Below, in pieces: positions 28,375 through 36,901 of a stretch of DNA of 64,000 bases (positions within the stretch are counted from its first letter, which is position 1; each line of letters starts with the position of its first letter). Source of the stretch: Minisyncoccota bacterium (GTDB taxonomy: Bacteria > Patescibacteriota > Minisyncoccia > Phycocordibacterales > XYD1-FULL-46-19); assembly GCA_040879645.1 (NCBI GenBank), contig JBBDJY010000006.1, forward strand, positions 94,240-158,239, written 5' to 3'. The position numbers and the translations under genes are program-made. The notes under the pieces are model-generated. The model worked only from the letters and a program-made list of their open reading frames with translations, was not told where the DNA came from and made no database searches.

Positions 28375-28869
28375 ATGGCAACAACAAAAGTTATTTTATT
28401 AGAAAGTGTCCCTAAATTAGGCGCTCGGTTTGAAACCAAGGCCGTGGCTTCCGGTTATGCCCGTAATTTCCTATTACCGCAAAAAAAGGCGGTTTTGGCC
28501 ACCGAGGCTAATTTAGCCGGTCTGAATGACCGACAGGCAAGGGTTAAGCAAGATTTAGCGGTTCAGGCTGAATTATTTAAGAAAGAAATTGAGCGCTTTC
28601 GTGATATCGTGGTAACCATTTCGATGCCGGCCAATGAAGAAGGGGGATTGTATCAAGCCGTCCACGAAAACGATATCGTCGAGGCCTTGTCTCGAGAGCA
28701 TAAATTAGTTATTGATCCGTCTTGGCTAAAGTTACCAACGGTTGTGAAGAAAGTCGGCGATTACGACATTTTGATTGCACCGGCGGGCTCGTCCGACCGG
28801 GTCATCCGGGCGGGGGAGGAAGCTCCGGCTGAGACCGCCCAAATTAAATTGACAGTTGTCGCTAAATAA
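28375..28869 (+). CDS. rplI: 50S ribosomal protein L9.
   Basis: MATTKVILLESVPKLG...GYARNFLLP. Confidence 0.85.
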   Translation: MATTKVILLESVPKLGARFETKAVASGYARNFLLPQKKAVLATEANLAGLNDRQARVKQDLAVQAELFKKEIERFRDIVVTISMPANEEGGLYQAVHENDIVEALSREHKLVIDPSWLKLPTVVKKVGDYDILIAPAGSSDRVIRAGEEAPAETAQIKLTVVAK

Positions 28870-28877
28870 ACAAAATA

Positions 28878-28918
28878 AAAAAACCGACCAGCAACCCCGG
28901 TCGGGTTTTTTTTTTTTT
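28878..28918. terminator. Bidirectional rho-independent terminator between rplI and rpmA.
   Basis: aaaaaaaccgaccagcaaccccggtcgggtttttttttt. Confidence 0.8.
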
Positions 28919-28919
28919 T

Positions 28920-29204
28920 TTACTTATCTTTTTTGACGACATTGGCCACTTTATAGACTCGCTTATTACCGTCAAAACGCATTTTTTTCTTGGTGGTGAA
29001 TTTTACCAAGCCGGGTTCTCGAGTATAGAGAGTGTGGTCGCGACCGACACTGACATTAACTCCCGGTAAGATTTTGGTCCCACGCTGGCGAACGATAATC
29101 GCTCCGGCCTTGGCTTCCTGGCCGTCATAAAGTTTAGTGCCAAGATATTTAGGATTGGAATCTCTTAAGTTTTTAGCGGATCCACCCGCTTTACGATGTG
29201 CCAT
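28920..29204 (-). CDS. rpmA: 50S ribosomal protein L27.
   Basis: [22 protein letters not shown]...IIVRQRGTK...GRDHTLY. Confidence 0.9.
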   Translation of the reverse strand: MAHRKAGGSAKNLRDSNPKYLGTKLYDGQEAKAGAIIVRQRGTKILPGVNVSVGRDHTLYTREPGLVKFTTKKKMRFDGNKRVYKVANVVKKDK

Positions 29205-29917
29205 AAGGAAATACTTACTGTTAAATTTATTATTGCCAGTATAGTGGAGATTGACAAAAAAATCAAGGCCTACCCCGGTAGGCGAGGGGAGAGGGCGTCC
29301 GGCTTAAAGCCCCCTACCCCCTTTCACTTAATTTTGAGGCCGATTCTAAGATTCGGTGATTTAGTCGGAATTTACCACCGGTATCTGGACCTGTTGTTAA
29401 GGATAAAAAAGTAAAATTTTTAGCTTTTATTTAAAATTTACCAAAATTACACGGTGAAAATTTTGACCGGTTAAGGGTTGGATTTATCAAGTAAATCAGC
29501 TAATCAAAATCAGCTAAATAGGACTCCTAATTAATCATTGGCAATAAAGGGTGACATTGCACCAAGAAGGGCCTCAGAGAGGAAAATAGAGGTACTAGGG
29601 TACCACTCGATTGACTAACCGAGGCCCGTTGGTCGCTACCGGTGAGCGACTTTGCGGACCGGCTTCAATTAAAAGGAGAGAGTCGGATCGTTTATATTAT
29701 AATGTCGCATAATATACATTTTGCGCGGTATTAATCTAAAACCCACTCCCCGGCCGATAATTTATTTTTTCCAACCCGATTCGCCGGTCTCTCTTTTTAT
29801 TACTTTTTCTTTTGTTTCTCCCATGCTCCCTTCTCCGCTCCGTCTTAAGATAGTTTTTTATCAATTGGCTTGTTTAAAAATAAAAAATATCCACTTCTCC
29901 ACCGGAATATTTTTTAG

Positions 29918-29947
29918 TTGACAGAATTTGATATAATTAGTAGTATT
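29918..29947 (+). promoter_or_regulatory. Strong sigma70-like promoter (TTGACA, 17-nt spacer, TAGTAT; a perfect TATAAT also lies at 29932-29937) driving the small RNA.
   Basis: agTTGACAgaatttgatataattagTAGTATtaggggg. Confidence 0.55.
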
Positions 29948-29953
29948 AGGGGG

Positions 29954-30118
29954 TGCAGAGTTCGGTCCCATCCCTCTTCTCGGACGAGGGTGCAATCCGC
30001 CACGGGATAAACTGTCCTCTATGGATGGTAAAGAAACCAGCCGATAGGTCAGAGTTCACCGGACTCTGCACGCCAATCCTCTCCCCTGCGCTTACAAGTT
30101 GCCGGGGAGTTTTTTTAT
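29954..30118 (+). ncRNA. Unclassified small structured RNA of about 120 nt plus an intrinsic terminator. Its architecture is riboswitch-like, or it is a standalone sRNA.
   Basis: A 13-bp closing helix pairs GUGCAGAGUUCGG (29954-29966) with CCGGACUCUGCAC (30060-30072). Internal hairpins are present, plus an alternative local hairpin that re-uses the 3' strand. The terminator ctcccc...ggggag + UUUUUUU lies at 30082-30117. No ORF is present. Confidence 0.5.
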
Positions 30119-30293
30119 ACAAAAAATATTTAGGGCGGTTTTTAAGCTCACCAGATTCCCTCCCCATTCTTGACGAATAAAAATAATAGTGTTAGTAATT
30201 TATTAGGAAGAACGTTAAAAACTTGGGTCTGTCTGCCGTAGGCAGGCCCGCTGGCAAAAATCGCGACTTTTTGTCGCCGAAGAGGAGACTACT

Positions 30294-30893
30294 ATGAGTG
30301 ATATTACTCTCGATGTCGGCCTCGCTTACAAGCTTAAGCAGGCACTATCTCGCAACAGTATTCCCGACGTTGCCGACCTTGATTGGTTGGCGACGGGCGA
30401 TAACATCGCCAAGATGCGTCGGGTGCGACTCGGCCACGCCGAGATCACCGACCCGGAGCACGTCATCGACTGCGATGATGCCGATCCGTTTATTCTGAAC
30501 AACTGGAAGTTCGAGGAACACCGCAAGGGCGGCGCGTTCAAGTGGAACGCCGCCGACGTGGCGCTTCACCTCGACAAGGGGCAACAGAACGGCAAGTGGA
30601 TCGAGGGCAACAAGCTCCGCAAGGAGCTGGCAGACAAAACCGTCTTGAACGCCAATGTCCTCGACTACCTGCTTGCCCATCCACACCTCATTCCCGAGGA
30701 ATGGAAGGGAAAGATGGTCTTCTTTTGGGGTACGATCTACCGCGACCGGTTCGGCGACCTCTACGTCCGTTACCTCCACTGGCTCGGCGACAGGTGGCGC
30801 TGGAACACCGGCTGGCTTGGCGACGTTTGGTACGACTACAACCCCGCCGCGATTTCCGCCGGTCTGCCGACCGATAGGCTTGATTATCGGTAG
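30294..30893 (+). CDS. Hypothetical protein with a Trp-rich C-terminus, in a high-GC, foreign-looking gene.
   Basis: 199-aa ORF at about 60% GC against a background of about 45%. Many overlapping alternate-frame ORFs on both strands are typical GC-rich artefacts. A terminator follows at 30998-31019. Confidence 0.55.
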   Translation: MSDITLDVGLAYKLKQALSRNSIPDVADLDWLATGDNIAKMRRVRLGHAEITDPEHVIDCDDADPFILNNWKFEEHRKGGAFKWNAADVALHLDKGQQNGKWIEGNKLRKELADKTVLNANVLDYLLAHPHLIPEEWKGKMVFFWGTIYRDRFGDLYVRYLHWLGDRWRWNTGWLGDVWYDYNPAAISAGLPTDRLDYR

Positions 30894-30997
30894 TCATTAT
30901 CGGCCGATTGAACTTGGCCCGACATCATTTTGGTGTTGGGCTATTTTTTTGTCGATGTTTAATATAAAAAGAGTCGGGGTGATTTGCAAACTAAAAA

Positions 30998-31019
30998 AGC
31001 CCCCAAGCGGGGCTTTTTT
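30998..31019. terminator. Bidirectional terminator.
   Basis: aaaaaagcccccaagcggggctttttta. Confidence 0.75.
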
Positions 31020-31053
31020 AGTAGGGATCTCATTCAAACGAGTTGAGACGAGA

Positions 31054-31527
31054 TCAAGCGTCTAAAGCGATTTTTTTACTCCAACACGGTCGGCTGGCGT
31101 TCCAGTGTCTGGTCCCTTCATTTTCAAGTAACCAGAGAGCGTAACCAACATTACCTTCTAGGGTGTAGATATCGAAACCTAATTCAGCGCTTTTGTCTTG
31201 ATGGAATGTTTCGTTGATTTGGAAGAGCCCGACATCTTTCGGATTTACCAGACCGCGCAAGGGCTGTCCGGTCCGCTCGTCATATTGACGGTCGGTGCTT
31301 TCACAAAAAGCGATTGAAGTGGTCAGACGGGCGTCTAAGCCGCGTCTCAAGCTCTCCAACTCAACATATTCCGAGACAGTTAGTTCGGAAACTATGGCTG
31401 TTTGGGTTTCATCTAAGTTGCTATCGGGCGTTGGTCCGATCGCGACCGTGGGGGTAAAATTCGCAAAGGTTATGAGGCTTGCAAAGCCTATTTGGACGAT
31501 ACGTAAAATAAGCTGGCAATAAAAAAA
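31054..31527 (-). CDS. Lytic transglycosylase-like (SLT/Rpf-type lysozyme-fold) protein. The open frame extends to a stop at 31528 with no ATG/GTG/TTG before a TTG at 31359.
   Basis: IAFCESTDRQ...GLFQINETFH is an SLT-type motif. The upstream in-frame translation ...ILRIVQIGFASLITFANFTPTVAIGPTPDS looks like a signal peptide plus linker. Confidence 0.5.
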   Translation of the reverse strand, partial: FFYCQLILRIVQIGFASLITFANFTPTVAIGPTPDSNLDETQTAIVSELTVSEYVELESLRRGLDARLTTSIAFCESTDRQYDERTGQPLRGLVNPKDVGLFQINETFHQDKSAELGFDIYTLEGNVGYALWLLENEGTRHWNASRPCWSKKIALDA

Positions 31528-31682
31528 CTAAGTATTAACCCTAGTTTCCTTATCTGATTTGTTTTCAACTTAATGTTACAGTCAACCACGCATTCTCTGT
31601 AACGTCAACATTGTAATATGGTGGGAAATAAAAGTCAAGGGGTAAAATAGTATGGTAAAGTATGGTTTAAAATAAGGGTATT

Positions 31683-31958
31683 TTAGCCTTTTGGCCACAA
31701 TGAAATTACTTTCTGCCACAGGCTCATTAAATAGTCACCAAGAGCGGTTAGTGGTCCATAAGCGTAAGTGAACCACCAGTTTTTGACCGTGGCCAGGGCG
31801 CTTTTAACCATTTCCCAAGCAAAAGTAAAATTAGTACGCATGGTTTCTGAATCCAGCAGGCCTCGGAGGTCAATTTTAAGGATAGATAGGATAATAATGG
31901 TAAAAATAATTAAGCTTAAAAGCTTAATCAAGCCTGATTGTTTGTGGCCGGAAGTCAT
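31683..31958 (-). CDS. Small membrane protein, hypothetical.
   Basis: 91 aa with one transmembrane helix. Confidence 0.4.
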   Translation of the reverse strand: MTSGHKQSGLIKLLSLIIFTIIILSILKIDLRGLLDSETMRTNFTFAWEMVKSALATVKNWWFTYAYGPLTALGDYLMSLWQKVISLWPKG

Positions 31959-31984
31959 ATTACCTATTATAACTCACAATTCAA

Positions 31985-33277
31985 TTAAAGATAAGATAAA
32001 GGATTTAATTTACCGTTAAAGCCGGATAAGGGTAAGCGATAGACGGCACCGGCACAGGATTTGCTTTTTAATTCGGTAATGCCATCGGTTACTCGGACGG
32101 CGGAAGTTACCAGTACTTCAAAATGTAAGTGCGGACCGGTGGTATAGCCGGAATTGCCGGTATAGGCGATTTCTTGACCGGCCTTGACGGCATCGCCTTC
32201 CTTAAGCGGTGTATGCGATAGATGAGCGTATAGGGTTGAGAGGCCGTTAGCATGCTCCAGCAACAACCATTTACCGTAAGACGCCCCCGGGCAGACGCGA
32301 TCGGTGTCGTCAATCCCGGTCACTCGCCCGTCGGCGACGGCGTAAGTCGGCGTGCCGACACTGGCCGCTAAGTCAATGCCACTATGACCTTTACCGCTAT
32401 AAACTTGAGGGTTTTGCGTCGCAAATGGCGTGTTGCCGAAATATTGGGTAATCCGGACTTCTTTTAACGGCCACCTTAAAACACCACTACCCGGACTGGG
32501 TAAAGAGCTCGGATCAATCACCACTCTGATTTGTTCTTCAATCCGTCTAATTTCCGCCTCAATTTGCTTCTTCTGCTCCAGCCGTTTGGCTAATTGTTGT
32601 TGGTAAGTACTTTCTTCATTTCGGGTTGAAGTTAATAAAGCGTTTTGTTGTGTCCGTTCGCGATCAACAATCGATTTCTGGCTGGCCAAACGGTTCTGGA
32701 GCGTACTCAATTCCTGCCGTTCCCGTTCTTCTTCAGTCATCCGGATGGCCATGGCCACTTGGTGATCTTGTAAGGCCAGAAGATTACTTTTCATTTCTTC
32801 TTGCAGGCGTTCCAGGGCGTTGGTTTCTTGCAAAAAATCGGATAGTGAATTATGAGTTAAAAAAATCTCAACGATATTATCGGTATTGATTAAATTTATT
32901 TTTTTTATTGCTTCAGCCATTACCATTCGCCGATTAGTGATTTCTTTTTCTGTGTCGGCAATTTCTAAGTTTAATTTTTCAAGCGTTAATTCAGTCGTTT
33001 GGATTTCTTTGGTCGTCAGATTAATATCGGCTGATAATTTTTGGCGGGTTAAATCGATTCGCTCTATTTCTGTTTGTAAGGTATTGGCTTTACTTTTAAC
33101 TTGCGACAATCGTTGACTGTATTCGGCAATCTCTTTTTCAATTTGTTGGATTTCACTGCTATGACTTTGAATTTCCTTTTTCAGGTTTTCCACATTACCA
33201 ACAACCGGTACCGGTTTGCCGGCTAAAGCGAGGAATAAACAAAAAAGCAAGACAATGATTTGCGGGTTCTTTTTCAT
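31985..33277 (-). CDS. M23 (LytM) family peptidase with a long N-terminal coiled-coil (EnvC-like). The start was moved to MKKNPQ, which gives an ATGA overlap with the gltX stop.
   Basis: Signal peptide MKKNPQIIVLLFCLFLALAG, a Q/E/L-rich coiled-coil, and the M23 motifs GHSGIDLAASVGTPTYAVADGRV and YAHLSH. Confidence 0.8.
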   Translation of the reverse strand: MKKNPQIIVLLFCLFLALAGKPVPVVGNVENLKKEIQSHSSEIQQIEKEIAEYSQRLSQVKSKANTLQTEIERIDLTRQKLSADINLTTKEIQTTELTLEKLNLEIADTEKEITNRRMVMAEAIKKINLINTDNIVEIFLTHNSLSDFLQETNALERLQEEMKSNLLALQDHQVAMAIRMTEEERERQELSTLQNRLASQKSIVDRERTQQNALLTSTRNEESTYQQQLAKRLEQKKQIEAEIRRIEEQIRVVIDPSSLPSPGSGVLRWPLKEVRITQYFGNTPFATQNPQVYSGKGHSGIDLAASVGTPTYAVADGRVTGIDDTDRVCPGASYGKWLLLEHANGLSTLYAHLSHTPLKEGDAVKAGQEIAYTGNSGYTTGPHLHFEVLVTSAVRVTDGITELKSKSCAGAVYRLPLSGFNGKLNPLSYL

Positions 33278-34605
33278 AGGGTTAAAGCGTAACTTATCCG
33301 AGACAAGGTCTCTTCCTTGCCGATAATGGCGGCCACGGTAAAAGGGTCGGGTGATTTTTCTCGGCCGGTTAAAGCGACTCGGAGTGGCCATAAGACTTCT
33401 CCGCGACCATTGGCGGTGGCAAAATCCCATAGCTTGTCTTTAATCACTTCCGCCGTGAAATCATCTTTATCAATCTGATCAATTATCTCCTTGGTTTGAG
33501 CCAGATATTTTGCCGGGCCGAGCATTTCTTTAGCTAAACCGGGTGGCGAAAAGTAAAAGTCATATTCGCCTTCTTCGGCTAATCTCCGGATGTCGTTAAA
33601 GACGGTAATGCGTTCGGTGATGAGCGGAATGATTTGGCGCAACCGCTCGTCGCTATAGGTTGGCCGGGTAAAAATATTTTCCGGTAATTGATTCTTGATT
33701 TGAGTGAATAGTTCGTCGGCCGGCAAGCGTTTGATTTGCTCGCGATTAAACCAATCTAATTTATCTTGATTAAAGACCGCTCCACTTTTTTGAATACCGT
33801 CCAGAGAAAAAAGTTTAGTCAATTCAGTCAAAGTAAAAATTTCTTGATTAGTCCCCTCCTTGCCTGCTTGGGCCGACCAGCCTAGGCTTGCCAAAAAATT
33901 AATCATCGCCTCCGGCAAATAACCTTGTTCGCGGTATTGGCGAAGGTCAACCGCCCCATGGCGCTTGGATAATTTTGAGCGGTCCGGAGCCAAGATAAGC
34001 GGAATATGAGCGTAAGCCACTGTCGGTTTAATCTCATCGGCGACGGCCAGGGCTTCGGTAATTAAGATTTGGCGGGGGGTGTTAGAAATATGGTCTTCGC
34101 CGCGAATAATGTGAGTAATGCCCAGTTCTCGATCATCAATGACCGAAGCCAAATGATAGAGTGGGCGGTTTTCGTCTTTAGCGATGACAAAATCACCCAA
34201 GTCACTGGTATCAAATTCAATATTACCACGGATAAGATCGGTAAACCGGATTAAGCGATTGGGATTTTTAAAGCGAATCACCGGTTCCCGTCCCCCCTCA
34301 TCGGTCGAGACATAGGCTTGGCCGCCGGCCAGTAATTGTTTTAAATATCGGCGATAAATATCGGTTCGTTCCGATTGTTTGATTTCTTGGTCAAAAGAAA
34401 GACCGAGCCAAGCTAAGCCACTTTTGATACTTTCTTCATATTCCGGTCGAGAGCGTTCGTTGTCGGTGTCGTCGATACGCAAAATGATCCGACCGTTTTG
34501 CTTGGCGGTAAAAAGATAATTAAATAAGGCCGTCCGGGCGCCGCCTAAGTGCAAATTTCCGGTCGGACTGGGGGCAAAACGGGTAATGATTGATTCAGTC
34601 TTCAT
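33274..34605 (-). CDS. gltX: Glutamyl-tRNA synthetase.
   Basis: PSPTGNLHLGGARTALFNYL (HIGH-type) and KLSKR (KMSKS), 443 aa. Confidence 0.85.
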   Translation of the reverse strand: MKTESIITRFAPSPTGNLHLGGARTALFNYLFTAKQNGRIILRIDDTDNERSRPEYEESIKSGLAWLGLSFDQEIKQSERTDIYRRYLKQLLAGGQAYVSTDEGGREPVIRFKNPNRLIRFTDLIRGNIEFDTSDLGDFVIAKDENRPLYHLASVIDDRELGITHIIRGEDHISNTPRQILITEALAVADEIKPTVAYAHIPLILAPDRSKLSKRHGAVDLRQYREQGYLPEAMINFLASLGWSAQAGKEGTNQEIFTLTELTKLFSLDGIQKSGAVFNQDKLDWFNREQIKRLPADELFTQIKNQLPENIFTRPTYSDERLRQIIPLITERITVFNDIRRLAEEGEYDFYFSPPGLAKEMLGPAKYLAQTKEIIDQIDKDDFTAEVIKDKLWDFATANGRGEVLWPLRVALTGREKSPDPFTVAAIIGKEETLSRISYALTL

Positions 34606-35722
34606 GGCTTAAGGCAATATTAACGATTTCTTCGGCAATCAATCGGCCGGCTGTCGGTCGGGCAAAAGTTTTGGCGCCCTCGACCATTTCCTTAGCCAGG
34701 GTCGGGGTAGCAAAAAATCGTTCAATTTCCGACCATAAAACCGAAGCCGATAAATTATTTTCTTCAATCACCCAAGCACCGCCGGAACGGGCATAAGTAA
34801 AGGCATTACTGCGTTGGTCGTGACTGACTGTCTCGGGAATGGGGATGATGATAGCTGGCACTTGCCAATAAGCGATTTCAAAAATCACCGAACCGGCGCG
34901 GGTAATAATCAAACCGGCGGCCCCGGCGGCCATCCTCAAAGCCAGGTCGTCTAATTGGTCGAAAGGCTTGTAATAAGCACGATTTTCATTATCAGCCAGA
35001 ATAACTTGGCTACGATTTTTGATTTCGTTGAAATGTTTGGGGCCGGTTTGGTGGATGACGCTGTAATTATTCAATAAACGGGGCAGAATCTCTAAAATCG
35101 TCTCATTGATTTTACCGGCTCCCAAGGATCCGCCCAAGACCAAAATCACCGGTCGGTCTTCGGGTAATTCTAAAAATTTATGCGCTCCCTTCTTGACCGG
35201 ATGGAGAATACCTTCCCGCAAAGGATTGCCGGTAACCGCCGTTTTTTCCTCCGGAAAGTAGCCGGCCGCTTCCGGGTAAGAAACGGCTATTCGTTTGGCA
35301 AATTTTGCCGACCAGCGATTAGTCCGTCCCGGTCGCGAATCAGATTCGTGGATAAAAACCGGAATACGGAGAAGACGAGCCGCCCATAAGGCCGGCAGGC
35401 TGGCATAACCACCTTTACTGAAAACGACGTCGGGATAAAGCCAGAACATTTTCCAAGTGGCGATAATAATCCCGGCGATCAGTTTAAAGGGGTCAATCAG
35501 ATTTTGCCAAGCAAAGTAGCGCCTTAATTTTCCCGACGGGGCCGAAACAAAAATGATGTCATTGGCTAAAAGCAAATCTCGATCATAGGGCCGGTCGGAC
35601 ATAAAATATAATTTGGCCCGAACCAATTTTTTAGCAAAAACGATATTGTTGATTTCTTGAGCGACGGCGATTAGCGGATAGAAATGTCCGCCGGTCCCTC
35701 CGCCGGTTAACAGGATCTTCAT
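34595..35722 (-). CDS. murG: UDP-GlcNAc:lipid I GlcNAc transferase MurG.
   Basis: ILLTGGGTGGHFYP N-terminal motif, GT28 layout, 375 aa. Confidence 0.85.
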   Translation of the reverse strand: MKILLTGGGTGGHFYPLIAVAQEINNIVFAKKLVRAKLYFMSDRPYDRDLLLANDIIFVSAPSGKLRRYFAWQNLIDPFKLIAGIIIATWKMFWLYPDVVFSKGGYASLPALWAARLLRIPVFIHESDSRPGRTNRWSAKFAKRIAVSYPEAAGYFPEEKTAVTGNPLREGILHPVKKGAHKFLELPEDRPVILVLGGSLGAGKINETILEILPRLLNNYSVIHQTGPKHFNEIKNRSQVILADNENRAYYKPFDQLDDLALRMAAGAAGLIITRAGSVIFEIAYWQVPAIIIPIPETVSHDQRSNAFTYARSGGAWVIEENNLSASVLWSEIERFFATPTLAKEMVEGAKTFARPTAGRLIAEEIVNIALSHED

Positions 35723-35739
35723 TGTCTTTTGAGTTATAC

Positions 35740-36840
35740 TTAAGCGCTTTTTTCGGCGATATTTCTAATAATCCCTGACTCCAATAAAGCAAACAAAAGA
35801 GCGGTACCGCCCTGGCTGAAGAAAATGAGCGGTATTCCCGTTAAAGGAAAAACAGCAATCATGGCGCCGATATTAATAAACGATTGCGATATAACTAGTA
35901 TAACAAGACCGACGGCCAATAGTCTACCGAAGACATTGGCCGCTCGACTGGCAATTTTTAAGCCCCAGAGAGCATAAAAGATAAATGACATAATGATTAA
36001 ACCGGCACCAATCAAACCAAACTCTTCGGCGGCGACCGAAAAAATGGAGTCACCAATCGGTTGGGGTAAGAAACTGAACTTTTGCACACTTTGGCCGAAG
36101 CCTCGGCCGGTAATCCCGCCTGAACCGATAGCAATCAATGATTGGTTGATTTGATAAGATGAGCCGAGTAAATCACTGTTGGGATTTAAGTAAGTGAGCA
36201 TTCGCTCCATAATATAAGGTCGACTGACGATTAGTCCTCCGATTAAAAGAAGTGAGAATAGACCGATTAGGATAAAATGCCGCCATTTACCACCGGCCAC
36301 CAGAAACATTGCCGCGCCGGTGGTGATAATGACGATGATCGTGCCGGTGTCTTTTTGCAAAGCCAAAATGCCGGTTGCCAGCCCGATTAAAACCAAAAGC
36401 GGGACTAGGCCGTATTTGATGGTTTGGACCTGATATTTAAAAGCCGTCAACCAAGCGGCGGCGTAAATAACAAAAGCAAATTTTAATAATTCAGCCGGTT
36501 GGAAAGACAATCCACCAATAATAAGCCAGCGCCGGGCGCCGCCGGCTTCCAAGCCGAGGCCCGGGATAAAGGTTAACAGACTGACAAAAATGGCCGTCAT
36601 AAATAAAATTAAAGCGTATTTACGCCAAAAATTAAACGGCACTTTACTGACCGCAAAAAAGAGTCCCAAGCCACCGATTAAAATAATAAATTGCTTGACG
36701 GCAATTAAAACAAAATGCGGGAAATCTTGGCTGGCCTGTCCCAAAACGGCAGAGAGAAAAACAATATAACCCAAAGTCGCCATTATTAAGACAACAACGG
36801 TAAAGGCCTGTCTGATTTTATTTTTTCTAACTTTGGGCAT
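35740..36840 (-). CDS. ftsW: FtsW/RodA/SpoVE (SEDS) family protein.
   Basis: 366 aa with about ten transmembrane helices, positioned between mraY and murG. Confidence 0.75.
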   Translation of the reverse strand: MPKVRKNKIRQAFTVVVLIMATLGYIVFLSAVLGQASQDFPHFVLIAVKQFIILIGGLGLFFAVSKVPFNFWRKYALILFMTAIFVSLLTFIPGLGLEAGGARRWLIIGGLSFQPAELLKFAFVIYAAAWLTAFKYQVQTIKYGLVPLLVLIGLATGILALQKDTGTIIVIITTGAAMFLVAGGKWRHFILIGLFSLLLIGGLIVSRPYIMERMLTYLNPNSDLLGSSYQINQSLIAIGSGGITGRGFGQSVQKFSFLPQPIGDSIFSVAAEEFGLIGAGLIIMSFIFYALWGLKIASRAANVFGRLLAVGLVILVISQSFINIGAMIAVFPLTGIPLIFFSQGGTALLFALLESGIIRNIAEKSA

Positions 36841-36901
36841 AATAATTAATCTTCTCCCGACTTAAGATTAAATAATGTTGTCGATTTTGCGGTCAATCGA
36901 C

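Noticed and set aside
29954-30072. RNase P RNA (rnpB), on the basis of 3'-end similarity to the P4/P1 region.
   Set aside because: The closing helix defines a molecule of only about 120 nt, and a promoter sits immediately upstream. This is far below the minimal 270-400 nt of bacterial RNase P RNA, and no CR-I/P4 5' strand (AGGAAAGUCCGGGCU-like) was found.
30298-31065. Seven overlapping ORFs in other frames and on the other strand within or next to the 30294-30893 gene (for example 30298-30498, 30345-30779, 30542-30877, 30655-31065).
   Set aside because: They are typical high-GC open-frame artefacts. Only the 199-aa frame has a start context and is followed by a terminator.
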